Assembly (NCBI GenBank): GCA_964425325.1
Contig: CAYRLX010000005.1
Span: forward strand, 1 to 60,454
Direction of reading: 5' to 3'
Length of the DNA stretch: 60,454 bases
DNA from: an uncultured Muribaculaceae bacterium
Lineage (GTDB): Bacteria > Bacillota_I > Bacilli_A > RF39 > UBA660
Shown: one piece after another, positions 37,114 to 47,073 of the stretch
Position numbering within the stretch: the first letter of the stretch is position 1
Layout of the letters: every line of letters begins with the position of its first letter
Notes under the pieces: model-generated
What the model was told of the DNA's origin: nothing
The model's database searches: none
The model's input: only the letters and a program-made list of their open reading frames with translations
Program-made: the position numbers and the translations under genes

Positions 37114-38040
37114 TTAATACTTCTTCACATTTTCTTCTAAAACATCATATTTTTCTAAAACATAATCCAATCCTTTTTTCGAAAAAGTATATTGATACCT
37201 AGTTCCTTTATTTTTAAGCCTATCATAATTATTTTCATAATCAGTTTTGAGTTTAGTCATATCAAGTACTAAATTACCCTTTGAATCAGGCTTATCATAA
37301 TCGCTAAATTTGTAAACATAATTTATTCCAAGTGGATCAGTCGTAACATATTCACTAACAGCAGAATTAAAATAAAGTTTATTTAAAACCAAAATATACT
37401 TTCCATTCTTTTTCTTTATACTATTAACTTTACTTAAAACAGGTTTAGTAGAATAAAAGTTATGAGATGGATGATTAGAATTATAGACAAACTTATTATT
37501 AGCCTCATCATAATTATATAAAACGCCATCATTATTTTCACAAAGAATATTTTCTAAAGTAACTTCTCTATCAAAAACTTTTTTTACATATTCTATTACA
37601 GCATCACCTTGTACTTCTTTGCATCCAATCACTCCAGAACATACATCGTTAATAGCTACTCTAACAAGCTCATTAAACCCGAATAAATCTAATGAATCAA
37701 GATGATAATTATCTATAAAAGAATTAAGTTCTAAAGATACATTTTCTAAATTCTCTTTAGATTCAATTTCTACACTCCTACTACCACTTTTTATAGAAGT
37801 AACTATTAAACTATAAACTAATAATATAAAAATAATAGAAATACAAACATATAAAGCCATCCTATACTTTTTTATTTTTTTCTCATTATTGTTTTTATCC
37901 TTATTCATATTAGCAAAAGGATCATTAATAGTATTATTTTCTACAGTTACATTTTCATTATTAACATGCATAATCTTATTACTGTTAAAATCAAAATTAT
38001 TCATTATTTCAGCTCCTATTCTTACATTATTATAACACAT
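37114..38040 (-). CDS. hypothetical single-pass membrane protein with extracytoplasmic domain
   Basis: 308 aa: N-terminal low-complexity region, TM helix ALYVCISIIFILLVYSLIVTSI, then a roughly 230-aa soluble domain. No recognisable motif. Confidence 0.55.
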   Translation of the reverse strand: MCYNNVRIGAEIMNNFDFNSNKIMHVNNENVTVENNTINDPFANMNKDKNNNEKKIKKYRMALYVCISIIFILLVYSLIVTSIKSGSRSVEIESKENLENVSLELNSFIDNYHLDSLDLFGFNELVRVAINDVCSGVIGCKEVQGDAVIEYVKKVFDREVTLENILCENNDGVLYNYDEANNKFVYNSNHPSHNFYSTKPVLSKVNSIKKKNGKYILVLNKLYFNSAVSEYVTTDPLGINYVYKFSDYDKPDSKGNLVLDMTKLKTDYENNYDRLKNKGTRYQYTFSKKGLDYVLEKYDVLEENVKKY

Positions 38041-38056
38041 TTCACAGAAATTTATA

Positions 38057-38085
38057 TTGCTTATAACAAATTAGAATGATATAAT
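38057..38085 (+). promoter_or_regulatory. sigma-A type promoter of gpsA
   Basis: TTGCTT, 17-nt spacer, TATAAT, 15 nt upstream of the gpsA ATG. Confidence 0.6.
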
Positions 38086-38100
38086 TTTACTGGTGATAAA

Positions 38101-39069
38101 ATGAAAGTAACAATATTAGGCTCTGGAGCATATGGAATCGCACTTGGAACAGTATTAAATAAAAATAAACATGATGTAACACTTTGGACTCCGTTTGAAG
38201 AAGAAGCAAAATCACTTTCAGAAACAAATGAAAGTCCAGTATTAAAAGGAGCACATCTGCCAGAAGAATTAAAATATACGACAAACTTAGAAATAGTAAA
38301 AGGATCAGATCTCATAATAATAGCTATTCCTACAGCTTTTCTAAATGAAACATCTAAAAAATTAAAAAAATATTATAATAATGAGCCTATATGTATAGCT
38401 ACTAAAGGAATAGAACAAAATAGTTGTAGATTTGTCTATGACATAATAAAAGAGAACTTAAAAACAGATAAAATATCAATTCTATCAGGTCCTTCTTTTG
38501 CCATAGATATAGTAAATGGTGGAACAGTTGGACTCGCACTAGCTTCCCAAGATAAAGAAACAATAGAAATAACTACAAAAGCATTATCAAATAACCACTT
38601 TAAATTAAGAAAAACTCATGATATCATTGGAGTAGAAATATGTGGAGCAATAAAAAACGTAATAGCAATCGCATCTGGAATGATTGCTGGAATGAATCAG
38701 ACAGAATCGACAAAAGCCATGTTTTTAACAGAATCACTTCATGACATTAAATCTTTAATCAAAGGATTAGGTAGTGATGGAGATACAGTTTTAACATATG
38801 CTGGATTTGGAGACTTGCTTCTAACCGCAACATCAGAAAAAAGTAGAAATTATTGCTTAGGTTATATGATAGGAAGTAACACACCAAAAGAAGAAATAGA
38901 TAATTACATAAAAAATACAACTGTAGAAGGATTGTACACTCTTAAATCAATAAAGGACCTAGTCAAAGATAAGGATGTTGACATGCCAATTATTAATCTC
39001 ATAGAAGAAATAATCTATGAAAATAAAAAGCCTAAAGAACTAATAAATTTTTTAGTAAAAAAACCATAA
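38101..39069 (+). CDS. gpsA: NAD(P)H-dependent glycerol-3-phosphate dehydrogenase
   Basis: 322 aa; MKVTILGSGAYG Rossmann motif; GAIKNVIAIASG. Confidence 0.92.
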   Translation: MKVTILGSGAYGIALGTVLNKNKHDVTLWTPFEEEAKSLSETNESPVLKGAHLPEELKYTTNLEIVKGSDLIIIAIPTAFLNETSKKLKKYYNNEPICIATKGIEQNSCRFVYDIIKENLKTDKISILSGPSFAIDIVNGGTVGLALASQDKETIEITTKALSNNHFKLRKTHDIIGVEICGAIKNVIAIASGMIAGMNQTESTKAMFLTESLHDIKSLIKGLGSDGDTVLTYAGFGDLLLTATSEKSRNYCLGYMIGSNTPKEEIDNYIKNTTVEGLYTLKSIKDLVKDKDVDMPIINLIEEIIYENKKPKELINFLVKKP

Positions 39070-39095
39070 ACCACATTATAAAATGTGGTTTTATT
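39068..39095 (+). terminator. hairpin terminator between convergent gpsA and the DUF4116 gene
   Basis: 9-bp stem AAACCACAT/ATGTGGTTT with a 6-nt loop. The T tract is short, so it may act in both directions. Confidence 0.55.
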
Positions 39096-39154
39096 AAATT
39101 ATTTTTTTTTAAATAATTACCTTTAATCATTATTATTAATTAAGATTTATTTTC

Positions 39155-40372
39155 CTATCTCTGTTTTTTCTTTTGTAATATTTTTATTACACTTTTTCGA
39201 TAACTTGAATTATTTGATATCTTATTTAATTCATTTCTTGCAAAAACTGCTAGTAGATATACACCTACTCTAATAATAACTTTTATTGCAGTTTTTTTAT
39301 TATCTAATACTTCATAATCATAATTTAACTCATCAGTTGAAACTAATTTTGATGACATATCATTTTTTTTCGAAGACTCTGCAATAATCTGCTCATAATT
39401 TGATATATCTGTTGGAACATACCTTAATGCCCCACTATTATTCTTTACTGCTTCTATAGCTATTTGTTCATAATTTGGTATATCTGTTGGAACATACCTT
39501 AATGCTTCTCCATCGTTTTTTACGGCTTCCATTGCTACTTGTTCATAATTTGATATATCTGAATATACATATTCTAATAAAGATCCAGACTTTTTTACGG
39601 CTACCATTGCTATTAAAACATAGTTTGGTGCATCTTTTGGAACAAATTCTAAAGAACCTGAATAATTATTAATTGCCTCTATGGCTATTCGATCATAGTT
39701 TGGTACACTTGTTGGAACAAATATTATTGCAAAACCATTTATACTTACAGCTTCCATAGCTATTTGTTCATAGCTTGGCAAATATGTTGGAATATATTCT
39801 AATGCAAAACTATCATTTTTTATCGCTTCCATAGCTATTTGCTCATAATTTGGTATATCTGCTGGAACATACCTTAATGCCTTCACATCATTTTTTACAG
39901 CTTCTATAGCTACTTGTTCATAATTTGGTATATCTGTTGGAACATATTCTAATGCACTCACAGAATATGGAACAGCTTCTTTAACTATTTGTTCATAGTT
40001 TTGTATATCTACCGGAACATACCTTAATGCCTTACCGTTATTTTTTATAGCCTCTATAGCAATTTGCTCAAAAATTTGCTCATCAGAAGAAATATATTCT
40101 AAAATAGAAGGATTATTTTTAATTTCATTCATAATAGTAATTAAATTAATTTTTTTTAAATCATCTTTAGGATTTCTTTTATCTATAATACTTCTTCTCT
40201 TTTTATCTTTAAACCATCCAAAAAGACCAGGAGATTTTAATAAATATAAAACACTTAATTCTTCTTCTGTCAAATCTTCATTGCTGTTTGTTTTTCGTTC
40301 TATTTCATTTAAATAATTAATATCAAAAACTTCTCTTTGATATTTTTTTTCTGATTTATCACATCTTGTCAT
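39155..40372 (-). CDS. DUF4116-like repeat protein with C-terminal TM helix
   Basis: 405 aa with about 10 tandem 25-aa units, consensus ALRYVPTDIPNYEQIAIEAVKNNGx. Confidence 0.7.
   Translation of the reverse strand: MTRCDKSEKKYQREVFDINYLNEIERKTNSNEDLTEEELSVLYLLKSPGLFGWFKDKKRRSIIDKRNPKDDLKKINLITIMNEIKNNPSILEYISSDEQIFEQIAIEAIKNNGKALRYVPVDIQNYEQIVKEAVPYSVSALEYVPTDIPNYEQVAIEAVKNDVKALRYVPADIPNYEQIAMEAIKNDSFALEYIPTYLPSYEQIAMEAVSINGFAIIFVPTSVPNYDRIAIEAINNYSGSLEFVPKDAPNYVLIAMVAVKKSGSLLEYVYSDISNYEQVAMEAVKNDGEALRYVPTDIPNYEQIAIEAVKNNSGALRYVPTDISNYEQIIAESSKKNDMSSKLVSTDELNYDYEVLDNKKTAIKVIIRVGVYLLAVFARNELNKISNNSSYRKSVIKILQKKKQR
39365..40105 (-). repeat. in-frame tandem repeat, about 10 copies of 75 bp
   Basis: DNA-level periodicity is visible, e.g. 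recurring GCTATTTGTTCATAATTTGGTATATCTGTTGGAACATACCTTAATGC. Confidence 0.85.
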
Positions 40373-40495
40373 AACAAATTTCCTCCTTCTTTATAGAAAA
40401 CTATGGTAACAAATAAATCAACTACAGTCAAACAAATATTATAATTACCAAATTATTGTATATTACTTTTAAAAAATATTTATATAAAAAAAAGC

Positions 40496-40708
40496 TTATG
40501 CAGCTTTTTTATCAAATCCATATTTTTTATTGAATTTTTCAACACGTCCTGCCTTCTTAACTGTACCTTGTTTACCAGTAAAGAATGGATGACACTTATT
40601 ACAAACCTCGATTTCAAGCTCAGGTTTATTAGATCTTACAGTAAAAGTATTACCACAAGCACATGTAACTTTAGTATCCATAAATTCAGGATGAATATCT
40701 TTTTTCAT
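40496..40708 (-). CDS. rpmE: 50S ribosomal protein L31 (type A, zinc-binding)
   Basis: MKKDIHPEF from the ATG at 40708, after GGAAGGAGAG. CxC..CxxC in [15 protein letters not shown]. Confidence 0.95.
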   Translation of the reverse strand: MKKDIHPEFMDTKVTCACGNTFTVRSNKPELEIEVCNKCHPFFTGKQGTVKKAGRVEKFNKKYGFDKKAA

Positions 40709-40790
40709 ATCTATCTCTCCTTCCGCCATGACTAAAATAAGTCATAGAAATTCACAAGTAAATATATTCTAGCAAACTTCTTTTTAAAAA

Positions 40791-41387
40791 TCAACCCTCA
40801 AATAAATATTTATCAATTATTTCAGTTATCAAAGAAGTATCACTAACAAAAATAACATCATACTTATCGCATATTTCTTTATATCTTTTGTTTAAATAAA
40901 TTATTAAATTCTTCTCATCCATACTATCATTTCTATACCTATAACCTATAAACATAATATCTTCTTTGCAATATTTTCTAATTAAATTAAGCAGTTTTTC
41001 AAAATCTTTAGCTAAATCATCTATGTAATCATACACATCAACAAAAGAAGAGTCATCTATTTTTTCATATACATCATCTATATTTATCTTTAATGTAACT
41101 AAATCAGCTTTTATCAAAGCATTTTTTATCGTACTTCCTTTAGACTTTTCGTTATAAATTATTCTATTATATATATCAGTAATTCTATCATTAGAACCAC
41201 TATAATCATATACTGCTTTTTCCAAAACATTTTTCTCTTTTAAATAGTCCTTAACATAAAAAGAATAATTATCATTTTCTCCACGTGAATCTCCTAAAGC
41301 TAAATAAAAAACCTTTTTATCCATATTAGCTAAATATATAATAAATACAAATAAAACAGTAAATAATCCAAATAATATTTTTTTCAT
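40791..41387 (-). CDS. putative SGNH/GDSL-like hydrolase, membrane-anchored
   Basis: 198 aa with an N-terminal signal/anchor and a GDS block in YLALGDSRGE. Confidence 0.45.
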   Translation of the reverse strand: MKKILFGLFTVLFVFIIYLANMDKKVFYLALGDSRGENDNYSFYVKDYLKEKNVLEKAVYDYSGSNDRITDIYNRIIYNEKSKGSTIKNALIKADLVTLKINIDDVYEKIDDSSFVDVYDYIDDLAKDFEKLLNLIRKYCKEDIMFIGYRYRNDSMDEKNLIIYLNKRYKEICDKYDVIFVSDTSLITEIIDKYLFEG

Positions 41388-41446
41388 AAAAACACCTCAA
41401 AAAAAGTAGATATAAATCTACTATATTTTATTTAAAAAAATAAATA

Positions 41447-42697
41447 TTATTCATCTTCTAGCCATATTTCAGCTCCCACATTAGAAAGCTTTTGAATAAG
41501 ATCACCATAACCTCTAAGTAAATGTTTAATATCAGTTATAGTAGTCTCTCCATCAGCTGACAAAGCAGCTAAAATTAAAGCAGCTCCAGCTCTTAAATCA
41601 CTAGTTCTAACAAGCTTTCCTTCCAATCTAGTAGGACCATTAACATAAATAGTATCACCTTTTCTAATTATATCAGCTCCCATACTATTTAAATAAATAG
41701 TATTTTGAAATCTATTTTCATATATTGTCTCACGAACAGTACTTTCACCATTTGCCATTACTAAAAGAGTAGTAATTGGTTGTTGAAGATCAGTCGCAAA
41801 CCCAGGATATACTTTAGTTTCAATATTTACAGGCTTTAAATTATCTACCTTATTAGTTATAACCTTATTGCCATCTATCTTATAATCCGCACCCATTTCA
41901 TCTAAAACAGAAAAGAAACTAGTTAAATGAGAAGGCTCTACATCACAAATCTCTAAATTTTTACCATTCATAACACCAGCTAAAATATAAGTGCCAGCTT
42001 CAATCCTATCAGGAATAACTTCTATACTACCTAAAGTTAACTTATCTACTCCTTCAATTATTAAGTGGTTCGTATCCTTGCCAACTATTTTAGCCCCCAT
42101 ACTAATAAGTAAATCAATTAGATTACCAATTTCTGGCTCACGTGCTGCATTTTCTATTATAGTCTTACCTTCTGCCATAACCGCTGCTAGCAAAATATTA
42201 ACAGTAGCTCCAACACTAGGAAAAGGTAATTTAATATGAGCGCCAATTAATTTTTCAGCCTCTATAATAAACAAATCATCCACACATTCTATTTTAGCTC
42301 CCATTTTTTCAAAAGCTTTTAAATGATAATCAAAAGTTCTAGCTCCTATCTCACATCCACCAGGAAGACTAATACTCACCTTTTTATATCTTCCAAGAAG
42401 AGCTCCCATAAAATAATATGAAGCTCTAAGCTTAGTAGAATACTCAGAAGTTATTTCTTTGTTTACTAAACCAGTACTATCAATATATAAAGAGTCATTT
42501 TTAAATTCATATTTCACATTCAAATAAGAAAGAATACTTTCTAAATTAGATACATCAGATATATGAGGTATTTTCTTAATAACAACCTTATCAGAAAGTA
42601 AAGATGCAGGTATTAAAGAAACAACACTGTTTTTAGACCCACTTATGTATATTTGACCAGATAGTGTTTTACCACCAACAACCTTAATTTTATCCAT
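41447..42697 (-). CDS. murA: UDP-N-acetylglucosamine 1-carboxyvinyltransferase
   Basis: 416 aa; active-site LPGGCEIGARTFDYH; ISGSKNS. Confidence 0.95.
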   Translation of the reverse strand: MDKIKVVGGKTLSGQIYISGSKNSVVSLIPASLLSDKVVIKKIPHISDVSNLESILSYLNVKYEFKNDSLYIDSTGLVNKEITSEYSTKLRASYYFMGALLGRYKKVSISLPGGCEIGARTFDYHLKAFEKMGAKIECVDDLFIIEAEKLIGAHIKLPFPSVGATVNILLAAVMAEGKTIIENAAREPEIGNLIDLLISMGAKIVGKDTNHLIIEGVDKLTLGSIEVIPDRIEAGTYILAGVMNGKNLEICDVEPSHLTSFFSVLDEMGADYKIDGNKVITNKVDNLKPVNIETKVYPGFATDLQQPITTLLVMANGESTVRETIYENRFQNTIYLNSMGADIIRKGDTIYVNGPTRLEGKLVRTSDLRAGAALILAALSADGETTITDIKHLLRGYGDLIQKLSNVGAEIWLEDE

Positions 42698-42791
42698 AAA
42701 ATCACTTCCAATATAAACTATTCAATTTATTATACCACGCAACTAGTCAAATAACTTAATTTTAAAAAATTTTTTACATAATTTTTACAAA

Positions 42792-43316
42792 TTATACAAT
42801 AAAACTAACACCTACTAATACTAAAATTATCCCCCCTATTAAAGTAGATAATTTTCCGACTAATTTTTCAATTTTATTACCTATTAATAAGCCAATTAAA
42901 GTAAATAAAAAACTAAAAAAAGAAAAAATAAAAGAGGACAGTATATAATTATAATTCATATTTGTAAAGGTAATGCCAACAGAAAAACTATCAACACTAA
43001 CCGCAAAAGCAAATAAGAAATATTCAGAAAAATTCATAAGATGAATATCATTATTTTTCTCAAAAGAAGATAAAACCATCTGTATACCAATAAAAGATAA
43101 AATAAGGCATACTATTAAATCAGGATTAACATCGATAAGTTCAAAAATTAAATTACCAAAACATTTTCCTAAAAGAGGCATTATAAAATGAAATATACCA
43201 ACAATAAAAGAAAGAATTAATTTATCTTTCTTCCTCATACCTAAAGTACCATACAAAATAGATAGAGAAAAAGCATCCATACTTAAACTAATAGCAGTAA
43301 TAATTAATAAAATCAT
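42792..43316 (-). CDS. MntP/YtaF-family membrane protein
   Basis: 174 aa with duplicated SMDAFS / SVDSFSVG motifs. Sits next to spoIIR. Confidence 0.7.
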   Translation of the reverse strand: MILLIITAISLSMDAFSLSILYGTLGMRKKDKLILSFIVGIFHFIMPLLGKCFGNLIFELIDVNPDLIVCLILSFIGIQMVLSSFEKNNDIHLMNFSEYFLFAFAVSVDSFSVGITFTNMNYNYILSSFIFSFFSFLFTLIGLLIGNKIEKLVGKLSTLIGGIILVLVGVSFIV

Positions 43317-43356
43317 AAAAAAGCCTCCTATAAAATAATATGGAAGACTTATATAT

Positions 43357-43896
43357 TTAAGACAAATATTTTTTAAGAATTTCTTCTACTAAAGACTTAT
43401 ACTCTACCTTATCATTTTCTTCACCTTCTATCAAACATAAAGGAGGAAATAAAACACACCACCAATTATCACCCTCACCTTTTCCCAAAGTAATAAGTAA
43501 AGATTCATAATACCCCTCTTCGTATTTCACACCCTTATATTCTTTTTCTGGAAAATAATTATAACCATAATTAATCTTATAACCTAAATTATAACTACTA
43601 TCACTTAATACCTTTTTTACATCATTATCCACTAAATCCAAATTATTTTTTATAATCTCACTAGCTTCTTTACTACTTCTAGCATCTTTTAATAAATCAT
43701 ACATAGTAATCTCTAATTTATCTCTAACACTTTTCTTAATACTCTGATCAAACTCAGAATTACTATTAGGAATAATTCTAATTCTAAGAGCATCATTAGG
43801 AATAGTTAAACCCTTAACAACACTTTTAGAAACAAACATATAAAATACAAAAATTACCATTAATAAAATAATACTCTTTTTCATATTATCACCCAC
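43357..43896 (-). CDS. spoIIR: stage II sporulation protein R
   Basis: LRIRIIPNSNS and WWCVLFPPLC motifs; signal anchor. Confidence 0.85.
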   Translation of the reverse strand: MGDNMKKSIILLMVIFVFYMFVSKSVVKGLTIPNDALRIRIIPNSNSEFDQSIKKSVRDKLEITMYDLLKDARSSKEASEIIKNNLDLVDNDVKKVLSDSSYNLGYKINYGYNYFPEKEYKGVKYEEGYYESLLITLGKGEGDNWWCVLFPPLCLIEGEENDKVEYKSLVEEILKKYLS

Positions 43897-43930
43897 TAAT
43901 TAATAATGGGATTTATTTATCTTTTTATAC

Positions 43931-43952
43931 AAAAAAAAGCCAATTGGCTTTT
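43931..43952 (-). terminator. rho-independent terminator after the 497-aa secreted protein gene
   Basis: Palindrome AAGCCAATTGGCTT followed on the minus strand by a T8 run. Confidence 0.7.
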
Positions 43953-43975
43953 ACATAAATTCATTCTAATATCTT

Positions 43976-45469
43976 TTATCCTACAATTCTGTACATATCT
44001 TCTGACGATTGTCCACCATTTCCACTAAGTTTGATATTAGATTTTAGATGGAGAACTGGGCGAACTGAGCCGTTCTGGTGTCTCGCATTGGAGTAGTAGA
44101 CACGGCCACTATTCGCAAGGAACTCGAAGTTCGCACCAGCGGAATTCGGCGAAAGCAACCAATACCAATAACCTGATTTATAAAGATAATTTGTGGTTTT
44201 ACATGTATCATTTTGATAATTATCATATAAATATTTAGCATTCGAACAATCAGCGTTACCATGAGCTCTTATATACTCTGATTTTGTCGCTAAAGCTATA
44301 TCTCCTGTCCATGTATATGCTTTTTCCATATCTTCAAGCTCAGATATTGTTAAAGAATCATTATATACTCCAGCATGTCCTACATTCCATTTCATTCCTG
44401 TTTGAACATATTGTAAATCGGATAAACTATTTTTATATATACTATTTAAATATGTATTAAGTTCTGCATCTTCGGTTACTTGATCACTTGCATAATAATT
44501 TCCAGTTCCAGTATTTGCAAAACTACTCATAGCTGCCCACGCATTACACCCAGACTGCTGTGCATAACTGTTTGAACAATATCCGCTTGTTCGTCTTCCT
44601 GTTGCACCTGATGCATCAAATCTTCCTAGTAAACTATTTGATGTATTAACTCCACTATATCCAGTTAAATCTATTCTTTCATCTTTAATTATTTTTAAAT
44701 TACCAGATGAATTTATACTCATTATTCTCCATACTTCATTATTAAATTCTATATAATTATCTGGATTTGCTCCTCTATAGTAATACTCTCCTGCATTACT
44801 ATCATAATAAAGGCCATCTCCTGAAGAAACTAAAGGGAATGTATTTTCATCAAATGTAACTCCATCTATAAATTCCATTCCACCATTTCCATCATCTTGT
44901 TCTACATTTATTCCAACACTAATTGTTTGTGTTTCTCCTGTGTATGGTCCTGTAATATCAATATTATTTTGAAATTTAGCTACTACTTTCATAGTTGTTT
45001 CTTGATTAGATGTAAGAGTGGAAGATTCTGGCATGTGAATAATAAACTGTACGTTTCCTTTCGTTATAGTCGTATCTGCTGTTAATGAGTCTTCTCCTAC
45101 TGTGATACTTTTTATATCTGCTGTTATACTACTTTTATTCTTAATTGTTAATGTATATTCTATTTGATCACCTGGTTGTTTAAAATTAGCTGTTAATGAT
45201 GCATTTGGTACATAACTTGTCTCACATGCAGTACCTGAATAACTCATTGTTCCAGTTGGTGTTGTTCCTTCTGCAATACCAGCTGATGCAATATATGTAT
45301 TCTTTTTAGAATTATCAAATCCTACACACCATGAATTTGTTATATTTGCCGTTCCATTTATTGTAAGAAGTGATGAAAATGCTGCATACCCTACTCCCAT
45401 AATTACTAGTATTGCACATAATCCAATTATTATATAATTTCTTTTATCAGTTCTTATTTTTAGATTCAT
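43976..45469 (-). CDS. secreted/cell-surface protein with VGYAAFS signal motif and lectin-like C-terminal tip
   Basis: 497 aa. Basic N-terminus, TM helix, then VGYAAFS. Extra beta-rich N-terminal domain. The C-terminus YWYWLLSP...GSVRPVLHL resembles the W(S/L)S..VR(C/P)V tips of DUF1566/CLec-like domains. Confidence 0.7.
   Translation of the reverse strand: MNLKIRTDKRNYIIIGLCAILVIMGVGYAAFSSLLTINGTANITNSWCVGFDNSKKNTYIASAGIAEGTTPTGTMSYSGTACETSYVPNASLTANFKQPGDQIEYTLTIKNKSSITADIKSITVGEDSLTADTTITKGNVQFIIHMPESSTLTSNQETTMKVVAKFQNNIDITGPYTGETQTISVGINVEQDDGNGGMEFIDGVTFDENTFPLVSSGDGLYYDSNAGEYYYRGANPDNYIEFNNEVWRIMSINSSGNLKIIKDERIDLTGYSGVNTSNSLLGRFDASGATGRRTSGYCSNSYAQQSGCNAWAAMSSFANTGTGNYYASDQVTEDAELNTYLNSIYKNSLSDLQYVQTGMKWNVGHAGVYNDSLTISELEDMEKAYTWTGDIALATKSEYIRAHGNADCSNAKYLYDNYQNDTCKTTNYLYKSGYWYWLLSPNSAGANFEFLANSGRVYYSNARHQNGSVRPVLHLKSNIKLSGNGGQSSEDMYRIVG
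44048..44158 (-). other. compositionally anomalous 111-bp patch inside the CDS (candidate variable region)
   Basis: Hand count gives 60 of 111 G+C, against clearly AT-rich flanks. Coding-strand A is 21 of 111. 14 of 37 codons end in C (AAC TTC TTC GGC GTC TAC TAC TCC CAC AAC GGC..). Confidence 0.85.
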
Positions 45470-45601
45470 TTTAATACTTCCATTCCATTATAAATATATT
45501 ATATCGCAAAAAAAAGGTAATTTTTTTGAAAGATATATGTTTTACTAATTACCTTTACCTTATTTTTTCATTAACTAATATTATTTTCCGGAAAAAGTAT
45601 T

Positions 45602-46810
45602 TTAATCCTCCAATAACCATTCTATTATATTTTTATGAATAATTCCATTTCTAGACTGATCTAACTTATCCATTGATATAACATATTTAGGATAGTTATC
45701 ATCAATACTATTATATGCATTAAATTCTCTTTCAATAGTTCTTTCATCAGATAAAATATAACAAACTTGATAATATTCTTTTTTACCATCTTTTAATGCA
45801 ATAAAATCTATTTCACCATTATCTAAAGAACCAATTTTTACATCATAACCTCTATATATTAATTCATTATAAACTATGTTTTCAATATATGCACCTATTT
45901 GTTCTTTTTTAGATATATTCATTATTCTACCCAAGCCTAAATCTGTTAAATAGTACTTATATTTCCCATTTAAAATTCTCTTGCCTCTTACATCATATCT
46001 ATCAACTTTATTTATTAATAAAGCTTTACTCATATATTCCAGATAATTATACAAAGTATTTTTTGTTACACCTCTATTTTCTGATTCAAAATACCTCACT
46101 AAGCTTTCTGCTGAAAAAGTTTGAGCAGGTGTTGATAATATATATTCTACTATTCTATTAAACAAATCTATGTCTTTAACTTTAAATCTTTCCACAATAT
46201 CTTTAACTACAATAGAATTATAAACATCAGTTAAATATGTTCTTATTTGTTCTTCACTATCAAATATAAACCTTTGTGGCATTCCACCCCACCACATATA
46301 GTCTTCAAAATCTTGCTCTAGTTCATACTTACTTTTACTATTACATTCTTTTAAAACACATACTTCTTTAAATGAGAATGGTAATATTTTAAAGCTTACA
46401 TACCTACCAGCTATATGAGTAGCAAGTTCACCAGATAATAAATCACTATTAGATCCAGTTATAAAAATTGATATATTATTTTTATAATCTGATTTAAATG
46501 AATTAACTGCCAATTCCCATCTTTCAATATTTTGAATTTCATCAAAAAATAAGTAGTATTTTTTATTATCTATCATTTTATCTTTAATATAATTATATAA
46601 ATCATCATCATTTTTGATAAAAGAATATTCCTTTGACTCAAAATTAATATAAATAATATGTTTATCATCAATTCCATTTTTTTTAATTTCATCAATTATT
46701 TGAAGCAAAATAACTGATTTACCACAACGCCTAATACCTGTAATAACTTTTATAAGGTCAACATCATAAAAGGGTCTAATTTTAGATAAATAAATATCTC
46801 TAATAATCAT
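45602..46810 (-). CDS. AAA_14/DUF4143-family ATPase
   Basis: ATG at 46810 follows GAGAGGTGA. Walker A GIRRCGKS, Walker B LFFDEIQ, and a C-terminal restriction-endonuclease-like DUF4143 region. Confidence 0.8.
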   Translation of the reverse strand: MIIRDIYLSKIRPFYDVDLIKVITGIRRCGKSVILLQIIDEIKKNGIDDKHIIYINFESKEYSFIKNDDDLYNYIKDKMIDNKKYYLFFDEIQNIERWELAVNSFKSDYKNNISIFITGSNSDLLSGELATHIAGRYVSFKILPFSFKEVCVLKECNSKSKYELEQDFEDYMWWGGMPQRFIFDSEEQIRTYLTDVYNSIVVKDIVERFKVKDIDLFNRIVEYILSTPAQTFSAESLVRYFESENRGVTKNTLYNYLEYMSKALLINKVDRYDVRGKRILNGKYKYYLTDLGLGRIMNISKKEQIGAYIENIVYNELIYRGYDVKIGSLDNGEIDFIALKDGKKEYYQVCYILSDERTIEREFNAYNSIDDNYPKYVISMDKLDQSRNGIIHKNIIEWLLED

Positions 46811-47073
46811 CAAATCACCTCTCGATTCAATTATATAACGTTTTAATTTCTTTGTCAATTTTGTATTCTTTGAAATACAAAATTGAATAAATATTTTTTT
46901 TTGTATTCTAAAATTTAATTTACCATTTATATTATTATATGTTTATTTCTACAAAATAAACTTACAAAAAAAATAATATAAAAAAATTTTTAATTAATAT
47001 ATTTAAATGAATCCTATCAAAGAATAATAAAAGAATGATTTTCATCATCCTTCTATATAAATTCAATTATATT

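Noticed and set aside
38061-38315. Minus-strand ORFs 38061-38315 and 38087-38284
   Set aside because: They are antisense to the well-supported gpsA 5' end and have no RBS or motif.
39365-40105. Regularly spaced 75-bp repeats considered as a possible CRISPR-like array
   Set aside because: The repeats are contiguous with no unique spacers. They are in frame within a 405-aa ORF and encode a conserved 25-aa protein repeat.
44044-44262. 72-aa alternate-frame minus-strand ORF within the 497-aa secreted protein gene
   Set aside because: It is an artefact of the GC-rich patch, which has few stop codons in any frame. The main frame is continuous and homologous to the paralog.
43897-45601. Search for a DGR template repeat or RT adjacent to the candidate variable region
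   Set aside because: The flanking intergenic regions (43897-43975, 45470-45601) are short and AT-rich with no similarity to the patch. No ORF in the window has RT motifs. The DGR idea therefore remains a hypothesis that needs whole-genome data.
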